A stretch of DNA of 32,000 nucleotides. Origin: Methanosphaera sp. WGK6. Its GTDB lineage: Archaea > Methanobacteriota > Methanobacteria > Methanobacteriales > Methanobacteriaceae. Within the stretch, counting starts at the first letter, position 1, and each line of letters begins with the position of its first letter. Positions 1 to 8,181 of the stretch are shown one piece after another. Made by a program: the position numbers and the translations under genes. The notes below the pieces were generated by a model that ran no database searches, had not been told where the DNA came from, and saw only the letters and a program-made list of their open reading frames with translations. The stretch is taken from assembly GCF_001729965.1 (NCBI RefSeq), contig NZ_JRWK01000002.1, forward strand, positions 153,654 to 185,653. Direction: 5' to 3'.

Positions 1-2
1 TG

Positions 3-854
3 ATTGGAATAATTCCTTTTGATGAAACGTTAAATTTACCTGAAGAAGATTCTGCTTCTTTATCAACACATCACTTTAGTGAAAATGAAAAAATAACAAT
101 TGGTACTTTAAGATTACCACGTATTTCTAATTTTACAGATATAGATCCATTAGATTATGAAGAGGATGTTGGTATAAAATTAGTAAATATCTATGATAAA
201 TTTGATGATTTGGATGCTCTAGTAATTCCAGGAACAAGGAATACTGTAAATGATATAGAAGAACTAAAAAAATCAGGAGCATTTGATTATATTAGAGAGG
301 TATCTAAAGAAATACCTATTTTTGGAATTTGTGGTGGGTATCAAATGTTATCTAAAAAAATTATTGATTCTAACTGTTCTGAGTCAAAATATGGGTCTGT
401 AGATGGATTAGGACTGCTGGATATTAAAACAGAATTTGGTCGAATTGATAAAGTAGTTAAACAAAGTAGAGGAACTATTCTGGAAGATAGTGCTTTAGGT
501 TTCAAAAAAGGTACTTCTGTAACAGGTTATGAATTACATGAAGGAATTACAATATTAAAAAATACTGTAAAACCATTTATAAAAGTAGAAAAAGGTAATG
601 GTAACGATCAAAGTGGTCAATTTGATGGAGCTATCAAAGATAATATTTGTGGAACTTATTTCCATGGAATTTTCCATAATTTTGAATTCAGAAGAAATTT
701 CACTGATCATTTACGTATAAATAAAGGATTAGAACCTATAGGATTAACTAATGATGATTTTAAAGAATCAAAAAGAGTTAATTATAATCAATTAGGTGAT
801 TTATTTGCAAATAATGTGGATATGTCCTTTTTTGAGAAACTATTAAATGATTAA
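3..854 (+). CDS. cbiP: Cobyric acid synthase, C-terminal part (glutamine amidotransferase domain); gene starts before the window
   Basis: Reading frame is open from base 3 (IGIIPFDETLNLPEEDSASLSTHHF...) through the ORF given at 210; contains DALVIPGTRNT and the class I GATase nucleophile motif IFGICGGYQML, plus YELHEG and a C-terminal GTYFHGIF. Confidence 0.9.
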   Translation: MGIIPFDETLNLPEEDSASLSTHHFSENEKITIGTLRLPRISNFTDIDPLDYEEDVGIKLVNIYDKFDDLDALVIPGTRNTVNDIEELKKSGAFDYIREVSKEIPIFGICGGYQMLSKKIIDSNCSESKYGSVDGLGLLDIKTEFGRIDKVVKQSRGTILEDSALGFKKGTSVTGYELHEGITILKNTVKPFIKVEKGNGNDQSGQFDGAIKDNICGTYFHGIFHNFEFRRNFTDHLRINKGLEPIGLTNDDFKESKRVNYNQLGDLFANNVDMSFFEKLLND

Positions 855-870
855 TTTTTTTTCTTTTTTT

Positions 871-2016
871 TTAAATTTCTTTTATTACTTTGGCAAATTC
901 TTTAATAGTGCTTGTTTGATGTACTGACGCTCCAATTTCTTCATAATCTTTCACACAACTTGTAGGTGTATTCCATCTTATTTTTTTCTCAGGATTCAAT
1001 ATAATTACTTTTCTCGATTTAATTTTTATTTTATTTAATATTGTAGCACTTTCAAGAACACCCTTTTCTCGTTTTCCAGTCCAATCTCTACAATCGGTTA
1101 GTAAAATTACATCAGTATGTTTATTTAACCTAGCTTCTTTTAAAAATTCTTCAAAAGATTTAGTCATATCTGAATGACATCGTGGTCTTAGACCTAATGA
1201 TTGAAGACCAATATTTACTTGATACGTGTTTTTAAATGATGACTCCAATGCATGAGTTACATCAATAATTCTGTTATCAAAGAGGTATATTTCAAGTTTA
1301 TCAAATGATTTATGACAACCTGTTAATAAAGTAAAAAACCATGTTGTAGCCCATTCACAGGATCCACTAATATCACATAAGAATAAATGTCTTGATTTGT
1401 GGAGTGGTGGTTTTTGCCCTACTAGATTTATTAAATGACCTCCATTTTTGAGATTTTTTCGTATAGTTCGTGGGATATGTACTCCTTTATTTTTTTTACT
1501 TTTTTTTCTTATAGATCGTTGATTAGCTATTTTTTTACTAAAATCAGTACATATGTCATATACTCTATAATCAATACTGTTTAATGAAGTAAATTCATCA
1601 TCTAACACAGATTTATCAACATGTTCTTTATGTTGTAATCTTCTTTTAATAATTGTTTCTCGAGTGGTATCACTGGCTACTTTTTTCTTTTCTTGTTTAA
1701 TTTTATTTGTATCGGTATGTCTGTTATCTTGTTTTTTTACATTTTTATTATCTATTTGTATGTGTTCATGATCTAATGAGTTATCAAATGTGTTTTTATT
1801 ATATACAAAAACAAAATTATATAATCTTTCATATTTTGGAAGATCATCTTTATTTTTTACATATATGCATTTCAATGCTTCTTTCATTTCATCAGAATTG
1901 AATTTATAACTGTACATTTCCATTACTTGGGAAGCAAGAATAGTACTGCGTATACTAATGTTCATTCCATTGTCTCTTAGAAATGAAGATAATGTTAAAA
2001 TTTTCTCATTAATCAT
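871..2016 (-). CDS. VWA domain (CoxE-like) protein, paralog 1
   Basis: 381 aa; MIDAS-like motif FLCDISGSCEW and later LLTDCRDW; N-terminal SSFLRDNGMNISIRSTI similar to the adjacent paralog. Confidence 0.7.
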   Translation of the reverse strand: MINEKILTLSSFLRDNGMNISIRSTILASQVMEMYSYKFNSDEMKEALKCIYVKNKDDLPKYERLYNFVFVYNKNTFDNSLDHEHIQIDNKNVKKQDNRHTDTNKIKQEKKKVASDTTRETIIKRRLQHKEHVDKSVLDDEFTSLNSIDYRVYDICTDFSKKIANQRSIRKKSKKNKGVHIPRTIRKNLKNGGHLINLVGQKPPLHKSRHLFLCDISGSCEWATTWFFTLLTGCHKSFDKLEIYLFDNRIIDVTHALESSFKNTYQVNIGLQSLGLRPRCHSDMTKSFEEFLKEARLNKHTDVILLTDCRDWTGKREKGVLESATILNKIKIKSRKVIILNPEKKIRWNTPTSCVKDYEEIGASVHQTSTIKEFAKVIKEI

Positions 2017-2079
2017 TAAAACACTCCTATAATTATATTGATATATATTAATATATTGGTTTATAATATTTTATATTAT

Positions 2080-3192
2080 TTATATTCTACTAATTATATT
2101 TGCAAATTGATTTAAAGTATATGTTTCATAAATTTTAGCACCTGCTTGTTGATAATCTTTCACACAACTTGTAGGTGTATTCCATCTTATTTTTTTCTCA
2201 GGATTCAATATGATTACTTTTCTTGATTTAATAACAATTTGTCGTAATAGTTTAGCACTTTCAAGAACACCATATTGTTGTTTTCCACGCCAATCTCTGC
2301 AATCACTTAATATTATAATATCTGTATGATTATTTAGGGAAACTTCAGTTAGTACTTGCTTAAATACAGTAGCCATATCTGACTGGCCATATGCTTTAAC
2401 ACCTAAATTTCTATGAGTAAAATTTATTTGAGATGTATTTTTAAAATCAGAACATAAAGTATCAGTAACATCAATAAGGTTATTATCAAAGTCATATAAT
2501 GTTATTTTATCAAAGGTCTTATAACAACCATACATTATTGCAAAAAACCATGTGCTACTCCATTCACAAGATCCACTAACATCACATAAAAAAATTTGTT
2601 TTGTTTTTTTGAGGGGTGGTTTTTGATGAAATAATTTTATAAGATGACCTCCATTCTTCAAATTAAATCGAAGAGTATGGGGCATATTAAGTTTATTGGA
2701 TTTCTGGAGTTTTTTACGTTTTGATCGTTGATTAGCTATTTTTTTACTTAATCTTTGACATATATCAAAAACACGTTTATCATAAGGATCAAGCATAATC
2801 ATACTATTTTGAGTTAGTTTATCATTAATTATCTTTTCTTGTTTTCTAGTTTCGATTAATTCTTTGTTTAGTTTATCTTCTTGATTTTGTGAAATTTGAT
2901 GGGTATCTGTTTGATTTTCTAATTTATCTTTGATTTCGTAATCTTTTAAAGAATTTATTTTTTCTCTAATATTATTCTCATTAAATAATTTATCATACAC
3001 CTGATTAAATTTTGAAACATCTTCTTTATTTTTAACATATATTACTTCTAAAGATTTTTTTAATTCCGAAGGAGTACTTTTTTCATAATAATTATCCCAA
3101 AACCATGAAGCTGTAATAGTACTTCTAATACTAATGTTCATACCTTCTTTTCTTAGGAAATTTGATAATGTGATTATTTTGTTATTGGACAT
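2080..3192 (-). CDS. VWA domain (CoxE-like) protein, paralog 2
   Basis: 370 aa; FLCDVSGSCEW, ILSDCRDW; co-directional paralog of 871..2016 separated by 63 nt. Confidence 0.7.
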   Translation of the reverse strand: MSNNKIITLSNFLRKEGMNISIRSTITASWFWDNYYEKSTPSELKKSLEVIYVKNKEDVSKFNQVYDKLFNENNIREKINSLKDYEIKDKLENQTDTHQISQNQEDKLNKELIETRKQEKIINDKLTQNSMIMLDPYDKRVFDICQRLSKKIANQRSKRKKLQKSNKLNMPHTLRFNLKNGGHLIKLFHQKPPLKKTKQIFLCDVSGSCEWSSTWFFAIMYGCYKTFDKITLYDFDNNLIDVTDTLCSDFKNTSQINFTHRNLGVKAYGQSDMATVFKQVLTEVSLNNHTDIIILSDCRDWRGKQQYGVLESAKLLRQIVIKSRKVIILNPEKKIRWNTPTSCVKDYQQAGAKIYETYTLNQFANIISRI

Positions 3193-3218
3193 TTTCTAAA
3201 CTCGGTACATATACTAAG

Positions 3219-3887
3219 TTATTCTAAGGAATTTTCTGTAAAATATTGTTTAACTTCAGTTATATATTCTCTTTTAACTAATACTGCAATACTATCATCA
3301 TAGCCTAATTCAGTATCTGGGGTAGGTATGATTGCTTCATCATTAATATAAATAGTTACTATGATAAATTTGTTGGTATTATTCTCAATTTCATGTATTG
3401 GTAGAAATGCAAGATTTTTATTTTTTACTTTTAATTCAATTATTTCAGCATCTCCTTGTCCAAGAGATACTAATGATTGTGCAGTAGGTCTTACAATACT
3501 TCTTGCAATAAATCTCATTGCACTGGTTTCTGGATTAATAAAGTGAATTCCTAATTTTCTAAATATTTCTATATGGTCTATGTTATTAAGACGGGATGCT
3601 ATGATTTCAACACCATTTTCTTTAGCATATACTGATGATAATAGGTTGACTTCATCATTACCTGTAGCTGCAACAAAAAAATCTGCTTTTGAAATATTTG
3701 CATCTTCTAATATCCGAGTATTAGTTCCGGTTCCATGAATAACATAACAGTCTAATAAATCATTGATGTTATTACAAGTTTCTTTGTCTTTATCAATAAG
3801 AGTAATGTCATGTTTTTCAACCATTGATCGAGCTAAATTATAACCTATACGTCCTGCACCTACTATTATACCGTTCACTTTTATCAT
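3219..3887 (-). CDS. TrkA-N domain (RCK) potassium-channel/NAD-binding regulatory protein
   Basis: N-terminal Rossmann motif VNGIIVGAGRIGYNLA, VIHGTGTNTRILEDANI, FVAATGNDEVN, plus C-terminal TrkA-C-like region. Confidence 0.85.
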   Translation of the reverse strand: MIKVNGIIVGAGRIGYNLARSMVEKHDITLIDKDKETCNNINDLLDCYVIHGTGTNTRILEDANISKADFFVAATGNDEVNLLSSVYAKENGVEIIASRLNNIDHIEIFRKLGIHFINPETSAMRFIARSIVRPTAQSLVSLGQGDAEIIELKVKNKNLAFLPIHEIENNTNKFIIVTIYINDEAIIPTPDTELGYDDSIAVLVKREYITEVKQYFTENSLE

Positions 3888-4028
3888 CTTTCATTGATTT
3901 TTAAATAGTTATATAATATTTAATATTAATTATTGTAGTTATTAAGATTTTATTTATAATTAGTGAAGTTAGTTTGTACTGAACTAGTTGAAGATAATTT
4001 GTTATTAAAATTAGTTTTTTTTTAAAAT

Positions 4029-4104
<76 letters not shown>

Positions 4105-4171
4105 ATATGAGAAATGTAAATTTTTATTATTTCATTATAATTTGTTATTAAAATTAGTTTTTTTTTAAAGT

Positions 4172-4247
<76 letters not shown>

Positions 4248-4257
4248 ATATGAAAAA

Positions 4258-4331
4258 TGCAACGACCGGGATTTGAACCCGGGTCACTACCGTGGCAGGG
4301 TAGAGTCTTAGCCAGCCTGGACTATCGCTGC
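4258..4331 (-). tRNA. tRNA-Gly(GCC) (74 nt)
   Basis: Reverse complement GCAGCGATAGTCCAGGCTGGCTAAGACTCTACCCTGCCACGGTAGTGACCCGGGTTCAAATCCCGGTCGTTGCA; acceptor GCAGCGA/TCGTTGC, anticodon stem CTACC/GGTAG, loop CTGCCAC. Confidence 0.95.
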
Positions 4332-4383
4332 ATCTAAATATGTTAGTCAGTTTTACTAACACTATTATAAAGTTTATACTATG

Positions 4384-4395
4384 TTATATATAAAG
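4384..4395 (-). promoter_or_regulatory. Probable archaeal box A (TATA) for the tRNA-Gly cluster
   Basis: Minus-strand CTTTATATATAA about 55 nt upstream of the first tRNA; matches the archaeal TTTATATA consensus. Confidence 0.6.
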
Positions 4396-4428
4396 CTTTG
4401 GGTTTAACCTATTTTTATTAAAAAAATA

Positions 4429-4827
4429 TTATTTTGGAATAATTGTGGATATTGAAACAATTCTACAAATATCTGTCTTTGTAATGACTCCAACATTTTT
4501 TTCATGTTCTGTTACAAGTAATCCTGAAATTTCTGCTCGTAACATTAAATTTGAAGCATCTTGAATTGAATCATTAGCATCAATAGTATTGACATTTTCT
4601 GTCATTATGTCTGAAACCTTAACTATATTTATGTCAAGCATAGTTTCATCAGATCCTACTAGTAATAAAATATCTTTATAAGAGATTACACCAATAGGAT
4701 TTTCTTTTTTATCAAATATGAATAATCGTTCAACACCATGATTATACATTTCATGCAATGCTTCATGGATTGTTTGGGATGAATCAATGGAATATATGTT
4801 TTTATTCATTATTTCTTTTACAAGCAT
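4429..4827 (-). CDS. CBS-domain-pair protein
   Basis: MLVKEIMNKNIYSIDSSQTIHEALHEMYNHGVERLFIFD...VKVSDIMTENVNTIDANDSIQDASNLM; start moved from the TTG at 4842 to the ATG at 4827 because a GGTGA Shine-Dalgarno lies between them. Confidence 0.85.
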   Translation of the reverse strand: MLVKEIMNKNIYSIDSSQTIHEALHEMYNHGVERLFIFDKKENPIGVISYKDILLLVGSDETMLDINIVKVSDIMTENVNTIDANDSIQDASNLMLRAEISGLLVTEHEKNVGVITKTDICRIVSISTIIPK

Positions 4828-4978
4828 AGTTTCACCTTTCAAAATTATATTTTATCAACTAGTAACTTATTAATTACTTTTATTTTAAATAAAATACACA
4901 TAACTGTTATAGTAAATCTTTGAAATTATTATTTATTGAATTTTTTCTAATTAATATATAATATAGACATAGTTATTA

Positions 4979-5018
4979 ATATTATTAAATTCATAATTAT
5001 ATTTAATAATATGAATTT
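4979..5018 (+). promoter_or_regulatory. Nested inverted repeats upstream of nikR; candidate operator
   Basis: ATATTATTAAAT(4979-4990)...ATTTAATAATAT(5001-5012), and AAATTCATA(4987-4995)-N14-TATGAATTT(5010-5018); TATA-like ttaatatata just upstream at 4951-4960. Confidence 0.45.
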
Positions 5019-5064
5019 ATGGAATCCATATTATATTCAATTCTAATGATTTGGAGAGATGTAT

Positions 5065-5493
5065 ATGCGAATAAGTATGTCATTACCAAATAATCTTTTA
5101 AATGAATTTGATGATGTGTTACGTGATAGAGGATATCAATCACGTTCTAAAGGAATACGTGACGCATTAAAAGATTATATTCTCAGATATCAATGGATGA
5201 ATGAGATGAAAGGTGAAAGAGTTGGAGTATTAGCAGTAATTTATGATCATCATTATGTTGGTGTAATGGAAGCTATGACTGACATTCAACATGATTTTCG
5301 TGATCAAATCAATGCAAGCTTACATATTCACATGAATCACAAATATTGTTTGGAAGTTATAATAGTAAAAGGTGATGTAATACATATACGTGATTTAACA
5401 GAAAAAATCATGAGATTAAAAGGTGTTGAACACGTTAAATTAACCAGTGCAAGTACTGGAGAACTTGAAAAAGTAGCTGATAATGAGAATTAA
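5065..5493 (+). CDS. nikR: Nickel-responsive regulator NikR (ribbon-helix-helix plus ACT-like domain)
   Basis: MRISMSLPNNLLNEFDDVLRDRGYQSRSKGIRDALKDYI and metal-site region HHYVGVMEA..LHIHMNHKYCLEV; ATG at 5065 is 8 nt from GGAG, unlike the ATG at 5059. Confidence 0.92.
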   Translation: MRISMSLPNNLLNEFDDVLRDRGYQSRSKGIRDALKDYILRYQWMNEMKGERVGVLAVIYDHHYVGVMEAMTDIQHDFRDQINASLHIHMNHKYCLEVIIVKGDVIHIRDLTEKIMRLKGVEHVKLTSASTGELEKVADNEN

Positions 5494-5636
5494 ATAAAAA
5501 ACTTATTTATACCCACAACTTTTTATTTATTAAATTCTCAGATTTATTCAAGTTTGATTATAAACGATTTAGAACTTTTTTTTTAAGAAAATTATTTTAA
5601 AATTTAATTATAATAAGGGTATATAACTAATTATTA

Positions 5637-6398
5637 ATGACATATTATGATGATTTAATTAAAGATATTCAACGTATTAATCTCTTCAAAAAAGCTATAA
5701 CTCAAAAAGCTAATGGTATAGTGTATGATTTAGGAACGGGTTCTGGAATTTTAGCAGAATTTGCATCAGAGCATGCTAAAAAAGTTTATGCAGTAGAACA
5801 AAATCCATTCATATTAAAAAAAACATCAGCTAATTTTTCAAAATATGATAATATTCAATTAATACATGAAGATGCAACAAAACATGTTTTTTTAGAAAAA
5901 CCGGATATTATTATATGTGAAATGATGGATACAGCTTTGATTGATGAAGAACAAGTACCTGTTATAAATAATTGTTTAAATTATACAACAGATTCAACAG
6001 TATTCATACCTCAAGCAGCATATACTACAATTCAATTAATCTCTACAAATATTCAACATATAACATATTATGAAGACAACGTTCCGGAATACATGAAATT
6101 ATCTGAAGAAATTAAATATAATGAAGTAATATTTTCAGAAAAAATTAATGATAAAGTTAATGAAAACATTGTATTAAGGGCTAAAACTAGTGGAATAATA
6201 AATGCAATTAAATTAACAACATATACTATAATAACTGATGAACTTATCACTGGACCAACACCTATGTTAAATCCACCATTATTAATACCAGTAGATAAAC
6301 TATGTGTAGAAAAAGATGATAAGATTATATTAGATTTAAAATATATTATGGGGGGTGGATTAGATACTATCCAAACAAACATCAGAAAAAATAAGTGA
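5637..6398 (+). CDS. Class I SAM-dependent methyltransferase, PRMT-like
   Basis: VYDLGTGSGILAEFASEHAKKVYAVEQNPF (SAM motif) and IICEMMDTALIDEEQVP, which resembles a PRMT double-E hairpin. Confidence 0.7.
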   Translation: MTYYDDLIKDIQRINLFKKAITQKANGIVYDLGTGSGILAEFASEHAKKVYAVEQNPFILKKTSANFSKYDNIQLIHEDATKHVFLEKPDIIICEMMDTALIDEEQVPVINNCLNYTTDSTVFIPQAAYTTIQLISTNIQHITYYEDNVPEYMKLSEEIKYNEVIFSEKINDKVNENIVLRAKTSGIINAIKLTTYTIITDELITGPTPMLNPPLLIPVDKLCVEKDDKIILDLKYIMGGGLDTIQTNIRKNK

Positions 6399-6429
6399 AT
6401 TTATCAAAAATTATGATAAATTATTAATT

Positions 6430-6867
6430 TTGGGAATTGGTAATCCTTTAAGAGGAGATGATGGATTAGGACCATTATTGTTAGATGTATTATATGATAA
6501 ATTAGTGCATTTGACTCATAAAAATACAGATAATGTCTATCTATTAAATAGTGAAACAACTCCTGAAAATCATACACTGGAAATACGAAATTTAAAACCA
6601 TCTCATATAATTATAGTTGATGCAGTGGAGTTTGATACAACTCCTGGAAAAATTATTGATATTGATGTAGATCAGATTGATACATTCAATGTGTCAACAC
6701 ACACTATGCCTGTTTCTTTCATAATAAATTATATTGAAAAAACGGTAGGGAGTAAAGTTTTAACAATAGGTATACAACCAAAACAAATGAATTTAATAAA
6801 TACAATTTCTGATGAAATTAAAGAAAGTGTTGAAGAATTAACTGATTTATTTGTTGAATTAGTTTAA
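6430..6867 (+). CDS. Hydrogenase maturation peptidase (HycI/HyaD-like); N-terminus uncertain
   Basis: GIGNPLRGDDGLGPLLLDVL and IIIVDAVEFDTTPG, IGIQPKQ motifs; the frame remains open upstream to 6364 without ATG/GTG/TTG. Confidence 0.8.
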   Translation: MGIGNPLRGDDGLGPLLLDVLYDKLVHLTHKNTDNVYLLNSETTPENHTLEIRNLKPSHIIIVDAVEFDTTPGKIIDIDVDQIDTFNVSTHTMPVSFIINYIEKTVGSKVLTIGIQPKQMNLINTISDEIKESVEELTDLFVELV

Positions 6868-6884
6868 TAAGGAGTGTTATCAAA

Positions 6885-8039
6885 ATGAAAATATTATTTA
6901 TAGGTTCCCGTCTATTTGATGATGTGGCATACTATCTTAATAAAGAGAATATTACTTCTATAGTAACAGAATCAAATGAAAATGCAATAAATCTTGATTT
7001 GGCTGATAAAAAGTATATAGTTCCAAGAGGTATGGACAAACCAATGGAAATTGCTATAAAAGAAGATGTTGATGCTGTAATTCCGTTAATTGGAATTGAT
7101 CCTCCATTATCTGAAGTAGGTAAAATGAAGGATACATTAGAAAAAGAAAATGGGATTCCTGTAATATCTTCTTCATTTTATACTGCAAATTTAGCAGCAG
7201 ATAAATATAATACAAAAAAACTTTTACAAAAAGAAGGAATTAAAACACCTACTTTCAGACAACTTCAAGAACCTTATGATTTAGAAAATTTGGAAGAACA
7301 ATTACCTATTGTCTTAAAAACACCTGAAGGTCAGGGTGGTACTGGTGTAAAAGTTGCTGTTAATAAAGAAGATATCTCTGAATTCTTAAATGAGAAAAAT
7401 AATATATTTGCAGAAGAATATGTTGAAGGTTTTGAAGTATCTATAGAAGTTCTACGATGGAATAATGAATCAGTATCATTATGTCCTGTGTATAAGGGAG
7501 ATACTACTCTAGAAGGTATACATCCATTAAGAAAGATAAAACAAGCTCCATTAAATATTGATGGAATTGATAATAAAAAACATAATAATGATATATGTAT
7601 TTTAGCTGAAAAAATTGCTGATTTGGTTAAAGTTGAAGGAACAATGGATATTGACATATTACATGATAATAAATCTAATAATGATTATGTAATTGAATTA
7701 AACACACGACCTAGTGGAACAAGATATATGACTGCAGCAACAACAGATATTTATCCATTATGTCAATTAGTTGATATGGCTAAGGGAAATTGGGCTGCTA
7801 AACAAGTTAAATCAAAAATTAAAAATTATTGTTCAGCAGAAATTCCTGTAGGAGATTTCCCAGAAAATCAAAAAATACCATTAAATAAGGTATTTGAAGG
7901 TCCAAATTCCTATATTGTACATGGACCACAACATTATCAAAGAGTAACAATACGTGCTGAAGATAGAACTAATCTTAATGATGTGACTCATAATTTACTA
8001 AGTGATTATTCTAAGAAAAATAATATTCATTTTAATTAA
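6885..8039 (+). CDS. ATP-grasp enzyme related to CarB/Ddl, in pseudomurein cluster context
   Basis: ATP-grasp signatures LPIVLKTPEGQGGTGVKVA, FAEEYVEGFEVSIEV, VEGTMDIDILHDNKSNNDYVIELNTRPSGT. Confidence 0.75.
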   Translation: MKILFIGSRLFDDVAYYLNKENITSIVTESNENAINLDLADKKYIVPRGMDKPMEIAIKEDVDAVIPLIGIDPPLSEVGKMKDTLEKENGIPVISSSFYTANLAADKYNTKKLLQKEGIKTPTFRQLQEPYDLENLEEQLPIVLKTPEGQGGTGVKVAVNKEDISEFLNEKNNIFAEEYVEGFEVSIEVLRWNNESVSLCPVYKGDTTLEGIHPLRKIKQAPLNIDGIDNKKHNNDICILAEKIADLVKVEGTMDIDILHDNKSNNDYVIELNTRPSGTRYMTAATTDIYPLCQLVDMAKGNWAAKQVKSKIKNYCSAEIPVGDFPENQKIPLNKVFEGPNSYIVHGPQHYQRVTIRAEDRTNLNDVTHNLLSDYSKKNNIHFN

Positions 8040-8181
8040 TTCTCTCTTTTCTATTTTTTTCAATATTATTTCTTGTTTAATTATTTTAATTAATCTCTTT
8101 CAAAATAGTTAGTTATTTTAATATTAAAAGAAATAACTAGTTATATAAAATTCAATTTTTAACTTTAGGGGGGTTAAAATA

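Noticed and set aside
855-870. Long T-tract between the convergent cobyric acid synthase and VWA genes as a structural oddity
   Set aside because: Oligo-T runs follow many genes here and fit ordinary archaeal termination in an AT-rich genome.
1707-1901. + strand ORF antisense to VWA paralog 1 (and 3361-3546 in the TrkA-N gene)
   Set aside because: Low-complexity hydrophobic shadow ORFs of AT-rich minus-strand genes.
5059-5064. nikR start at the ATG at 5059
   Set aside because: Only 2 nt separate it from GGAG; the ATG at 5065 has normal spacing and yields the usual MRISMSLP N-terminus.
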